Shown: piece after piece, positions 15,952-23,603 of the stretch
Layout: each line of letters starts with the position of its first letter
How positions within the stretch are numbered: position 1 is the stretch's first letter
Assembly (NCBI GenBank): GCA_963699255.1
Contig: OY969425.1
Location: 1,020,001-1,052,000 of the forward strand
Direction: 5' to 3'
Source of the DNA: an uncultured bacterium
GTDB lineage: Bacteria; Margulisbacteria; WOR-1; CAVSGV01
DNA: 32,000 bases
Translations under genes and position numbers: made by a program
The notes under the pieces: generated by a model
The model's database searches: none
Seen by the model: only the letters and a program-made list of their open reading frames with translations
What the model was told of the DNA's origin: nothing

Positions 15952-18195
15952 CTATGAGACCGGTAAAGTTACCGTCACCGTCGTTCCCTTTGAGCTCTCA
16001 CTTTGAATATCGATCGTCCCCATGTGCTTGTCTATTATGCTGTGTGAAATAGTAAGCCCCAGCCCCGTACCGTAGTGTTTGGTAGTAAAGAAAGGATCGA
16101 AAATATGATTAAGCTGTTCTTTTGGTATCCCCTGACCGGTATCCGCTATCTTTGCTGTTACGGACTTTGACAGCTTATCTGATCCAAGTTCGATCTCCAG
16201 CTGTCCTCCCGCAGGCATGGCCTGCACGGCATTCAAAATAATGTTTGAAAATGCCCTGAGCAGTTGTTCCCTGTCGGCATGAATGTCCGGCACGTCATTG
16301 AATTTCTTTATGATATTTATATTCCCTCTCTCGATATCACCCTTAAAATCCGTCAATATCTCCTCGAACAACTCCTGAATATTGACCTGAGAAAGCTTCA
16401 TTTCCGGCGACCTTGCAAAGCCGAGCAGTCCCTCCACTATCCTGTCGATGCGGCTTATCTCCGTCGGTATGATCTCCTCAAATTTTTTCCTGAAGTCAGG
16501 ATCTTCATATCTGTCATGTAATAGCTGCGAAAAGACCTTCATTGAAGAAAGCGGGTTCTTTATCTCGTGCGCCATTCCGGCAGCCATTGTCCCCAGCGAC
16601 GCGAGCTTGTCAGCCTCGTCAAGTTTATCCTTCGCCCTCTTCAACTCCTCGTATTGTCTCGAGATAGTGGAGTACATCATCGAGTTATCGAAAGCAACGG
16701 CGATCTGGTTCGCCAATATCCTCAAAAGCTCTATATCTTCATCCGTATACATATCCCCCGACAGTTTATATCCAAGGCATATTATCGCGATCAGTTTCTC
16801 TTTTGAGATCACCGGTATCCATACCGCCATCCCCAGTTTCTCAAGCTCATCCCTCAGACCATGGAAAGAGGAGAACGGCCCGGCCTGAGACAATAAAGAA
16901 GGGTGCCTGCCTATTTCGCTTTCCACTTCATCCCTTACAAGGATATCTTTTTTTGCGGAAAGGTAAGTTGCAATGGGCCCGCCCGCGTCGAATTCGATCC
17001 GTTTGTATTTGCCGGCGGTCTTAATGTCGCACGGCGCGCTCTTGAACCTGTTCCTGTTCTCGTCAAGAAGCAGGACTGACATCTCCTTTACTTTTATGTT
17101 ATCAAGAAAATTGGACACTATCAGCCTTATCAGCTCGCTGAGTTTTATGACCGAGGTGATCCCGTGGCTCATATTGAGCAGCGTTTTCTGATAATTATAT
17201 CTGCCTCCGTAAAGCAGCCTGTCCGACAGCTCAAGGATGAATCTATAGACAGGTTGATACAGTATAGACGCGAACAGGGCAAAGAACATGAAAGCAACGA
17301 TGGTCTTATCTCCCAATATATATTCAAGCGGCTGTCCCGAAGCAAGCCCGGCCAGAACATAGAACAGCGTCAATATTGTCGATATCACAAGGTATATCAG
17401 CCCTTTTTGCATCATGAATTCAATGCTTAAAAGCCTGGCTACGCCTATCGCATACGCCGTGGTCGCCAAAAATATAAGCGCAAAAAGAGGGCCGTATCCC
17501 GTGAATCTATATTCGCCAAGCCAGGGCAAAATGAGGCTTGTTATTCCCGCAAAAACAGCGCTTAAAATGACGCCAAAAAGCAGATACCTCGCCTGCATCC
17601 TCTCCCCGCCCAGGGATGAATTGTATTTTCCGATCATATTCGCGATGCCATAGCCGATGTATATGATGAAGTAAGCAAGCAAAAAGCTATACCCGACCCC
17701 GAACACGATCGCGCGCCCCCCTTCGGCCAGGACCGACTCCTTTAGAATAAGATCTGTTGGAAGCATCGCGATCGCCGCTACAGGAAGAAGGAACATAAAG
17801 ATCCTTTGAGTGCCGGACAGATTGCCCGTCCTTTTTGGAAAAACAAAAGTGAAATAATAAAATAAGGGAGCGGCGAACGCCGGCCCTATATAAACAAGCT
17901 TTCCCCAAAGCATGGCGGACAAAGGTGTCAGGGAATATGTGAGCCTTTGGGTCGCGTACGCCCAAAAGGCCAGGGAGATCGATAGCGCGCAAAATGCCAT
18001 GTTTATCTCGCCTTTCCTGTTCTGAAAAAGTATATATAGACCGATGGCGATATCCACGAGTATCACATTGAACGGTATCAAAAGCCGGGTATTCCCGGAA
18101 ACAATTATGTTCACCGATCCGATTATTAGAATGGCCGCCGATATAAAGAACACGCCTTTTGAGAGAACTCCGTTCATATTGATATCACGAAGCAT
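15952..18195 (-). CDS. sensor histidine kinase (polytopic membrane N-terminal domain, GAF-like region, HisKA, HATPase_c)
   Basis: About 300 aa of repeated hydrophobic helices, H-box MAHEIKNPL, N-box ILNAVQAM, G1 DTGQGI, and G2 GTGLGL. Confidence 0.9.
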   Translation of the reverse strand: MLRDINMNGVLSKGVFFISAAILIIGSVNIIVSGNTRLLIPFNVILVDIAIGLYILFQNRKGEINMAFCALSISLAFWAYATQRLTYSLTPLSAMLWGKLVYIGPAFAAPLFYYFTFVFPKRTGNLSGTQRIFMFLLPVAAIAMLPTDLILKESVLAEGGRAIVFGVGYSFLLAYFIIYIGYGIANMIGKYNSSLGGERMQARYLLFGVILSAVFAGITSLILPWLGEYRFTGYGPLFALIFLATTAYAIGVARLLSIEFMMQKGLIYLVISTILTLFYVLAGLASGQPLEYILGDKTIVAFMFFALFASILYQPVYRFILELSDRLLYGGRYNYQKTLLNMSHGITSVIKLSELIRLIVSNFLDNIKVKEMSVLLLDENRNRFKSAPCDIKTAGKYKRIEFDAGGPIATYLSAKKDILVRDEVESEIGRHPSLLSQAGPFSSFHGLRDELEKLGMAVWIPVISKEKLIAIICLGYKLSGDMYTDEDIELLRILANQIAVAFDNSMMYSTISRQYEELKRAKDKLDEADKLASLGTMAAGMAHEIKNPLSSMKVFSQLLHDRYEDPDFRKKFEEIIPTEISRIDRIVEGLLGFARSPEMKLSQVNIQELFEEILTDFKGDIERGNINIIKKFNDVPDIHADREQLLRAFSNIILNAVQAMPAGGQLEIELGSDKLSKSVTAKIADTGQGIPKEQLNHIFDPFFTTKHYGTGLGLTISHSIIDKHMGTIDIQSESSKGTTVTVTLPVS

Positions 18196-18916
18196 TTTTA
18201 AAAAGCTCCTCTATTCTGTCCCGTTCTTCTATTGTGTTCACTCCAAATACCTCGTTTGGGTCCTGGGCTTTATACGCATAGACCTGCAAGCTCCGCTTTG
18301 TGAAAATGCCTATTACATCCGTTAAATAATATTCCTTTTGCGCGTTATCAGGCTTTACTTCGTTCAGCGCATCGAACAGATCCTTTGAATTAAAACAATA
18401 GGTCCCTGTGTTGATTTCTTTTATGGCTAACTCGTCTTTTGTAGCATCCTTTTTCTCCACGATCTTTATGACGCGACCGTCGCTGTCCCTTACGATCCTT
18501 CCGTATGAACCCGGATCAGGCAGTACCGTGGTCATTATCGTTGCCGACGCCGGTTTGTTCTTTTTGTGCCATGAGATAAATTCCTTCAGGGTATCGGTGG
18601 TTATCAACGGCATGTCGCCGTTCAATATCAGAACAATACTATCGCTTATACAAGGCGCGGCCTGAACTGCCGCATGACCGGTGCCCAGCTGTTCCTTCTG
18701 TTCAACAAAAGTTACATTAAAGCCCCGGCATTGCGCCTTAACGATCTCCGATTTATAGCCAACGACAACAAAAACTTCGTCGAGATCCAGTCCTTCCACC
18801 GCCTCAAGTACCCGGACGATCATCGGTTTTCCCAGGACCGAATGGGAAACCTTGGGAAGATCCGATCTCATCCTGACCCCCTTGCCGGCGGCGAGGATAA
18901 TTGCAACTGTTTTCAT
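18185..18916 (-). CDS. glmU: UDP-N-acetylglucosamine pyrophosphorylase domain protein (GlmU N-terminal domain only, 243 aa)
   Basis: LAAGKGVRMRSDLPKV, LGTGHA, LNGDMPLI, YGRIV, EINTG and EYYLTDV match the GlmU uridyltransferase half. The ORF ends where the left-handed beta-helix acetyltransferase domain would begin. Overlaps the kinase start by 11 nt. Confidence 0.85.
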   Translation of the reverse strand: MKTVAIILAAGKGVRMRSDLPKVSHSVLGKPMIVRVLEAVEGLDLDEVFVVVGYKSEIVKAQCRGFNVTFVEQKEQLGTGHAAVQAAPCISDSIVLILNGDMPLITTDTLKEFISWHKKNKPASATIMTTVLPDPGSYGRIVRDSDGRVIKIVEKKDATKDELAIKEINTGTYCFNSKDLFDALNEVKPDNAQKEYYLTDVIGIFTKRSLQVYAYKAQDPNEVFGVNTIEERDRIEELFKNAS

Positions 18917-18924
18917 GTCGAGTC

Positions 18925-18953
18925 ATTATAGTTACAAAAGACGGCCTTGACAA
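18925..18953 (-). promoter_or_regulatory. sigma-70 promoter TTGTCA-N17-TATAAT (minus strand) only 8 nt upstream of the glmU-like ATG
   Basis: Minus-strand reading is TTGTCA aggccgtcttttgtaac TATAAT gactcgac ATG. No SD in the 8 nt, which implies a leaderless or near-leaderless mRNA. Confidence 0.5.
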
Positions 18954-18974
18954 GAAAGATAATAAGTATAATAT
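18947..18974 (+). promoter_or_regulatory. candidate promoter for the RRM gene (TTGACA, then TAATAT at 16 nt or TATAAT at 14 nt)
   Basis: TTGACA at 18947-18952 overlaps the minus-strand -35 within the palindrome CTTGACAAG. The AT-rich -10 candidates lie at 18967-18974. Confidence 0.4.
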
Positions 18975-19040
18975 TTTAAATAGAATACAGGACATTAAAA
19001 TCTCTACTCGCTCTACTCGATTTTTTTAGGGGGTGAATAA

Positions 19041-19310
19041 GTGTCAAAGACATTATACGTTGGGAATCTCCCGTGGCAGATAACAGAAGCGGAACTGACC
19101 ACATCCTTTGAGCCACATGGACAGGTGATTTCCTCAAGGATAGTGACCGAACGTGAGACCGGAAGATCGCGCGGTTTTGGCTTTGTTGAGGTGGAAGATG
19201 CCGACGCGCAGAAAATGATAAAAGCCATGAACGGTTACACTCTGGGAGGAAGAGCTTTAATAGTGAACGAAGCCCGTCCGAAAGAGTCGCGTCCAGAAGC
19301 CTCCAGTTGA
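19041..19310 (+). CDS. RNA-binding protein with a single RRM domain
   Basis: RNP-2 LYVGNL and RNP-1 RGFGFVEV. GTG start is preceded by AGGGGG (19028-19033). Confidence 0.9.
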   Translation: MSKTLYVGNLPWQITEAELTTSFEPHGQVISSRIVTERETGRSRGFGFVEVEDADAQKMIKAMNGYTLGGRALIVNEARPKESRPEASS

Positions 19311-19312
19311 AG

Positions 19313-19897
19313 ATGGATGAGCAAAAGATAATCATAAGGCTGAGGAGCCTGTTGGGCCCATCCAGGTTCAAGCATTCCTTGAGGGTAAGGGAAAAAGTAT
19401 TACACCTCTCACGCTTCCACAAGGTTAGCCGACAAAAAGCAAGCATAGCAGGGCTGCTGCATGATGTCTCAAGGTTCATGGACAGGAAAGGGCTTTTAAA
19501 CCTTGCCAAAAAGATCAAGATGAATATCGATCCGATAGCAAGATTTGAGCCAAAGCTTCTTCACGCTCCTCTCTCCGCTTATATCGCAAGAACAAAGTTC
19601 GGGATAAGGGACCGGCAAATATTGAAAGCCATCAGTTCGCACACGCTCGGCCGGAAAAACATGACCATGCTTGAAAAGATCGTTTATGTCGCCGACCACG
19701 TGGAAGAAGGAAGATCGCACGCGGGTGTGGCTAACGCGAGGCGGCTTGCGGAAACGGATATAAATCAAGCCGTTGTAGCAATATCAAGCTCTATGATAAA
19801 ATACCTGTTAGGTAATGATTTGCCCGTTCATCCAATGACAGTTGAGGTGAGAAATTATTACCTCGTGAAGCATGCACAAAAAAAGAAACTTAGTTAA
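19313..19897 (+). CDS. yqeK: HD-domain bis(5'-nucleosyl)-tetraphosphatase, YqeK type
   Basis: RFKHSLRV, GLLHDV, SSHTLG and YVADHVEEGR follow the YqeK pattern. Linkage to rsfS is typical. The ATG at 19313 is preferred over the track's TTG at 19307. Confidence 0.8.
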   Translation: MDEQKIIIRLRSLLGPSRFKHSLRVREKVLHLSRFHKVSRQKASIAGLLHDVSRFMDRKGLLNLAKKIKMNIDPIARFEPKLLHAPLSAYIARTKFGIRDRQILKAISSHTLGRKNMTMLEKIVYVADHVEEGRSHAGVANARRLAETDINQAVVAISSSMIKYLLGNDLPVHPMTVEVRNYYLVKHAQKKKLS

Positions 19898-20897
19898 GTT
19901 AAATAAAAATCTTTTAAAGTTATTGGCATCCCATCCAAAGGACATATCAGTTCCCCGCCACAAGCCAAAGAGATCAAAGAAAACCCTTTTGATCGTAAGT
20001 CTTATGGTCTTCGTCATTTGCGCGACAACTTTCATCGGCATCGCGACGGCGGTGATCTCCAGGTTCGCCCTGCTCGACGCCTTCCTTACGATGATGTCCA
20101 CGTCCTCGTTTATAGGAGATACAAATCTGCTCGTTGTAGGACTTGACAATGTGGGGGGCTCTCACAGAACGGATACGATAATGGTCATTCATATATCGCC
20201 AAAAGACAAACAGGTGAATGTCGTGTCCATTCCCAGGGACACTATCATGAATATTCCGGGTGTAGGGCTCACAAAAGTGAATCACGCATATGCTTACGGA
20301 GGGATACGTTTAACAAGGACGACCCTTGAAGATTTTCTGGGGATCAAAATACCTTTTACGGTCGCGATAAACATTGACGGGCTCGCAAAAGTAATAGACA
20401 CGCTTGGGGGTCTCACGATAAACGTGGAAAAAAGAATGTATTATGTGGATTACGCGGGAGGGCTTTATGTTGATCTTTATCCCGGCATCCAGCATTTGAA
20501 CGGGCGCCAGGCCCTTGGTTATGTAAGGTTCAGGCATGACTCATCAGGGGATATCGGCAGGATACTGCGGCAGCAAAAATTCATGCAGGCCCTGGCAAGA
20601 AAGATCGTCACAAAAAAGGATGTCCTGAGCGCGCCGAAGGTCATATTATCGCTTCTCTCGAACATTAACACGAACATGAGCGTCCGGCAGATCCTGGGTC
20701 TTTCGCTCGCGATGAGGCAGTCTTTCGACATAGGAAATATAGGGATGACATCGATCCCCGGTGATTCGATCATGATAGACAGGATCTATTATTTGAAACC
20801 GAACACCGCCGAAGTGGAGCGGATAACACGCCAGTATTTGACTTCGGGCATACAAAAAAAGAGGACTCTGGTGAACGGGAGGGATCTGAATAGCTAG
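19872..20897 (+). CDS. LytR-CpsA-Psr (LCP) family cell-envelope glycopolymer transferase
   Basis: N-terminal basic tail plus one TM helix (LLIVSLMVFVICATTFIGIATAVI). RTDTIMVIHI, VSIPRDT, KVNHAYAYGG and ALGYVRFRHD motifs. Confidence 0.85.
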   Translation: MHKKRNLVKLNKNLLKLLASHPKDISVPRHKPKRSKKTLLIVSLMVFVICATTFIGIATAVISRFALLDAFLTMMSTSSFIGDTNLLVVGLDNVGGSHRTDTIMVIHISPKDKQVNVVSIPRDTIMNIPGVGLTKVNHAYAYGGIRLTRTTLEDFLGIKIPFTVAINIDGLAKVIDTLGGLTINVEKRMYYVDYAGGLYVDLYPGIQHLNGRQALGYVRFRHDSSGDIGRILRQQKFMQALARKIVTKKDVLSAPKVILSLLSNINTNMSVRQILGLSLAMRQSFDIGNIGMTSIPGDSIMIDRIYYLKPNTAEVERITRQYLTSGIQKKRTLVNGRDLNS

Positions 20898-20913
20898 GAA
20901 AGAAATAAATCTG

Positions 20914-21237
20914 GTGGAAAGCATATGCGACATTCTGGACGATAAGAAAGCGATCGATATCAACGTTATAGATGTTTCAAAATTCTCTCCGATAACCGAT
21001 CATTTTATCATTGCAACGAGCGGGTCCACCCCGCAGACAAGGGCTCTGACAAGAGCGGTGGATGAAGGGCTGGAAAAGCTCGGCTATATTGTTCCTAAGT
21101 GGCATGGAAAGATCGAGTCTAACTGGCTCATACTTGACCTGGGAAACATAATAGTTCATATTATGGGGGCGGAAGAACGTAAAAGATACAGCCTTGAGGA
21201 GATCTGGGAAAAGACCGCTATCACCTACCATATGTAG
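20914..21237 (+). CDS. rsfS: ribosomal silencing factor RsfS (iojap family)
   Basis: DHFIIATSGSTPQTRAL and WLILDLGNIIVHIM motifs, about 107 aa, GTG start. Confidence 0.9.
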   Translation: MESICDILDDKKAIDINVIDVSKFSPITDHFIIATSGSTPQTRALTRAVDEGLEKLGYIVPKWHGKIESNWLILDLGNIIVHIMGAEERKRYSLEEIWEKTAITYHM

Positions 21238-21293
21238 TAAAACAAAGAGAGAAATATTTGGTTATTTGAAACTGAGATTTGTTTGGGTTTTGA

Positions 21294-21337
21294 GATTTGT
21301 GATTTGGTCATTCTTCGTAAATCGGAAATCGCAAATC
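21294..21337 (+). other. AT-rich stem-loop downstream of rsfS
   Basis: GATTTGTGATTT (21294-21305) pairs with AAATCGCAAATC (21326-21337): 12 bp including one G.U, with a 20-nt loop. Built from GAGATTTG and AAATCG short tandem repeats. Confidence 0.3.
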
Positions 21338-21401
21338 GAGTTGAGTTTAATGTTTGGCTAATGCTGAATTGTTAATGACGAGTAATTGATTGCGAAGCTA
21401 T

Positions 21402-21474
21402 GGGGCCGTAGTTCAGCTGGGAGAACGCTTGACTGGCAGTCAAGAGGTCGGGAGTTCGATCCTCCCCGGCTCCA
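21402..21474 (+). tRNA. tRNA-Ala (anticodon GGC)
   Basis: Hand-folded cloverleaf: acceptor GGGGCCG/CGGCTCC with the G3:U70 alanine identity pair, D arm GTTC-AGCTGGGA-GAAC, anticodon arm CTTGA-CTGGCAG-TCAAG, T arm GGGAG-TTCGATC-CTCCC, and discriminator A. CCA is not encoded. Confidence 0.95.
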
Positions 21475-21605
21475 TTTTATCTAACAAGACTAATTAATAG
21501 CAGTAATAACAGGAAACCTCCCTGCCCCGACCTGGGAAAAAGTGGGAGGCTCCGCCGAGCATAATGCGAGGTGGAGGGAGAAAAAACGGGAGTTTTTTCT
21601 CAGGG

Positions 21606-21692
21606 GGAGCGGTCCCGACTTTGTCGGGACGTTGAAGGGGGCAAAGCCCCCTCAAAGAAAGGTCTTGAGTTCGATCCTCCCCGGCTCCACCA
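21606..21692 (+). ncRNA. tRNA-like element (degenerate tRNA-Ala paralogue, no anticodon loop, encoded CCA)
   Basis: 21660-21689 is 28/30 identical to tRNA positions 21445-21474 (variable loop, T arm and 3' acceptor) and is followed by CCA (21690-21692). GGAGCGG (21606-21612) can pair 6/7 with the 3' acceptor strand. The D-arm position holds an 8-bp hairpin (21612-21630). The anticodon-arm position holds TTGA...TCAA extended into a closed 10-bp GC hairpin with an AAA loop (21632-21655). Confidence 0.5.
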
Positions 21693-21747
21693 ACCTTTCG
21701 GGTTGGAATGTCAAATGACCAATTACAAATGACAAATTAAGGAAAGA

Positions 21748-22386
21748 ATGTTCAATCCTTCAAAAATAATCGCGGTAGGCCTTAATTACCATGATCATGC
21801 CAAAGAAATGGGCATGGTGATACCGGGCCATCCGATCTTATTCATGAAACCCTCCACAGCGGTCATCAAAAGCGGTGACGCAATAATCTACCCGCCACAA
21901 AGCAAGAACGTCCATTACGAGGGTGAACTGGCGATAGTTATCAAGGACAAGATCAGGAATATATCCGGAAAAGAAGTCCGCAAACACATCAGGGGCTATA
22001 CCTGCGCTAATGACGTTACGGCGAGAGACCTTCAGAATATCGACGGCCAGTGGACAAGGGCAAAATCCTTCGACACCTTCTGCCCTCTCGGGCCGAGGAT
22101 CGTCGCGGACCTGGACCCGACAAACTTGAACATCCAGACCAGGGTGAACGGCGTGGTAAAACAAAGCTCAAACACAAAAAACATGATCTTCGATGTTTTC
22201 GAACTGGTTTCGTTTATTTCATCCGTCATGACCATACTGCCGGGTGATATAATAATTACCGGCACGCCTACCGGAGTTGGACCGCTTGAGGTCGGCGACA
22301 CGGTCGAGATTGAGATAGAGAAAATTGGTGTTCTGAAAAATACAGTGACCTTGGAACCTGCGACTAAAAGTCGCGGTTCCAAATAA
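21748..22386 (+). CDS. fumarylacetoacetate hydrolase (FAH) family protein
   Basis: GLNYHDHAKE, PILFMKP, HYEGELAIVI, ANDVTARDLQ, WTRAKSFDTFCPLGP and PGDIIITGTP motifs. The last ~10 codons (LEPATKSRGSK) are encoded by repeat copy A2. Confidence 0.9.
   Translation: MFNPSKIIAVGLNYHDHAKEMGMVIPGHPILFMKPSTAVIKSGDAIIYPPQSKNVHYEGELAIVIKDKIRNISGKEVRKHIRGYTCANDVTARDLQNIDGQWTRAKSFDTFCPLGPRIVADLDPTNLNIQTRVNGVVKQSSNTKNMIFDVFELVSFISSVMTILPGDIIITGTPTGVGPLEVGDTVEIEIEKIGVLKNTVTLEPATKSRGSK
22353..22380. repeat. REP-like palindromic element, copy A2
   Basis: GGAACCTGCGACTAAAAGTCGCGGTTCC, 27/28 identical to 11685-11712. Lies inside the 3' end of the FAH ORF. Confidence 0.8.
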
Positions 22387-22388
22387 TC

Positions 22389-22418
22389 CGGAACCGAGGC
22401 TTTCAGCCTCAGGTTCCG
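22389..22418. repeat. REP-like palindromic element, copy B2
   Basis: cGGAACC GAGGC tttca GCCTC a GGTTCCg. Its architecture matches the reverse complement of copy A2, so A2 and B2 form an inverted pair 8 nt apart. Confidence 0.75.
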
Positions 22419-22436
22419 AAAAGAAAGGATAACTAA

Positions 22437-22766
22437 ATGGATAACATAACATTCGATCACTTCAAGACAATGGACCTGAGGGTGGCCGAGATCAAGGCAT
22501 GCGAGGACATTGAAGGGGCGGACAATATCTACAAGCTGACCGTTGATCTTGGAGAAGAGCGTGTAATAGTCGCGGGCATTAAACAATTTTATTCAAAAGA
22601 GCATCTCATCGGAAAAAAGGTCGTCGTTGTCGCGAACCTTGAGCCGAGGACACTTAGGGGAGTTACCTCCCAAGGAATGCTCCTTGCGGCATCAACGGAC
22701 GACAAATCCTCATTGACGATCATAACTGTCGATAAAGACATCCCCAATGGCAGCAAAGTCTCATAA
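22437..22766 (+). CDS. tRNA-binding domain protein (CsaA / EMAP-II-like OB fold)
   Basis: FxxxDLRVAEIKACEDIEGADNIYKLTVDLGEE...VVANLEPRTLRGVTSQGMLLAA matches the Trbp111/CsaA/MetRS C-terminal domain pattern. Confidence 0.85.
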   Translation: MDNITFDHFKTMDLRVAEIKACEDIEGADNIYKLTVDLGEERVIVAGIKQFYSKEHLIGKKVVVVANLEPRTLRGVTSQGMLLAASTDDKSSLTIITVDKDIPNGSKVS

Positions 22767-23553
22767 ACCGATACAGACTTTTCTTTTTGAGAACCTATCC
22801 CATCATAAAGGGACCTTACATTTCATATCCACAAGGAACGGAGGAATAAGCAAGCCTCCATTTGACACTCTTAATCTGAGTTTCAATGTTTCAGATGACC
22901 CAAAGAACGTGATCCAAAATCGGGAACTTCTGGCCGAAGCCCTGGGGATCGATATCGAAAGCATCACGACCGCAAAGCAGGTCCACAACAACAAGGTCGC
23001 CGTCGTGGCCAGGCATATGCGCGGAAAAGGAGCAAAAAATCAAGGGTCGGCCCTGGAAAATATTGACGCGATGGTCACGAACGTGCCTGATGTATTATTG
23101 ATGATCCAGGTCGCCGACTGCATTCCTCTCCTCTTTTATGATCCCGTTAAAAAAGTCGTTGGAGCCGCCCACGCCGGCTGGCGGGGCACGGTACTAAGGA
23201 TCGCCAAGAATACCGTCAACAGCATGGTAAAGAGATACCGGTCGGATCCTGTTAATATATATGTAGGGATCGGCCCTTCGATAGGTCCCTGCTGTTACGA
23301 GGTCGGCCATGAAGTTGTTCATGAAGTGTCAAGGAACCTTAACGACGCAAAAGATCTGATCAAATTCAAAAACGGCTCCAGTTACTTTGATCTGTGGGAA
23401 GCAAATAAATGGCAGCTTATCGAATCGGGCATTCCACAGTCAAATATCGAGATAGCCGGCATCTGCACGCGCTGCAGCAGTGACACTTTCTTTTCCTCAA
23501 GAGCGGACAAGGGGGTCACCGGAAGGTTCGCAGCGGGTATAATGCTTACTTGA
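22747..23553 (+). CDS. pgeF: YfiH/PgeF family protein (peptidoglycan editing factor / purine nucleoside phosphorylase, DUF152)
   Basis: ADCIPLLFYDP, AHAGWRGT and CTRCSSDTFFSSRAD motifs. Confidence 0.9.
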   Translation: MAAKSHKPIQTFLFENLSHHKGTLHFISTRNGGISKPPFDTLNLSFNVSDDPKNVIQNRELLAEALGIDIESITTAKQVHNNKVAVVARHMRGKGAKNQGSALENIDAMVTNVPDVLLMIQVADCIPLLFYDPVKKVVGAAHAGWRGTVLRIAKNTVNSMVKRYRSDPVNIYVGIGPSIGPCCYEVGHEVVHEVSRNLNDAKDLIKFKNGSSYFDLWEANKWQLIESGIPQSNIEIAGICTRCSSDTFFSSRADKGVTGRFAAGIMLT

Positions 23554-23555
23554 TG

Positions 23556-23584
23556 TTGACTGGGCCTTTTATTTGACCTAGAAT
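23556..23584 (+). promoter_or_regulatory. sigma-70 promoter TTGACT-N17-TAGAAT upstream of ppsA
   Basis: TTGACT at 23556-23561, a 17-nt spacer, TAGAAT at 23579-23584, then AGGAGA (23592-23597) and the ATG at 23604. Confidence 0.6.
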
Positions 23585-23603
23585 CACTCTCAGGAGATAC
23601 GAT

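Noticed and set aside
19002-19027. Tandem 9-mer CTCTACTCG x2 followed by a T7 run in the RRM gene 5' UTR, considered as an attenuator.
   Set aside because: No complementary stem precedes the T run, so it is not a terminator-like structure. It is too short to interpret.
18976-19518. 180-aa minus-strand ORF.
   Set aside because: It is antisense to the RRM and yqeK genes, both of which have diagnostic motifs. It has no SD and no motifs of its own.
21402-21692. tmRNA (ssrA) hypothesis: a G3:U70 Ala-type acceptor at the 5' end, structured hairpins, and a T arm plus ACCA at the 3' end.
   Set aside because: The first 73 nt fold into a complete cloverleaf with a normal anticodon arm, which tmRNA lacks. 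No tag-like reading frame ending in a hydrophobic A/L-rich peptide plus stop is present (the only open frame runs through to 21712). At 291 nt the span is also short for a one-piece tmRNA.
21475-21745. Integrated prophage or genomic island at the tRNA-Ala 3' end.
   Set aside because: The duplicated tRNA 3' segments are only ~190 nt apart, and no integrase, excisionase or other mobile-element gene lies nearby. At most this is a scar, and that alternative is kept within the tRNA-like finding.
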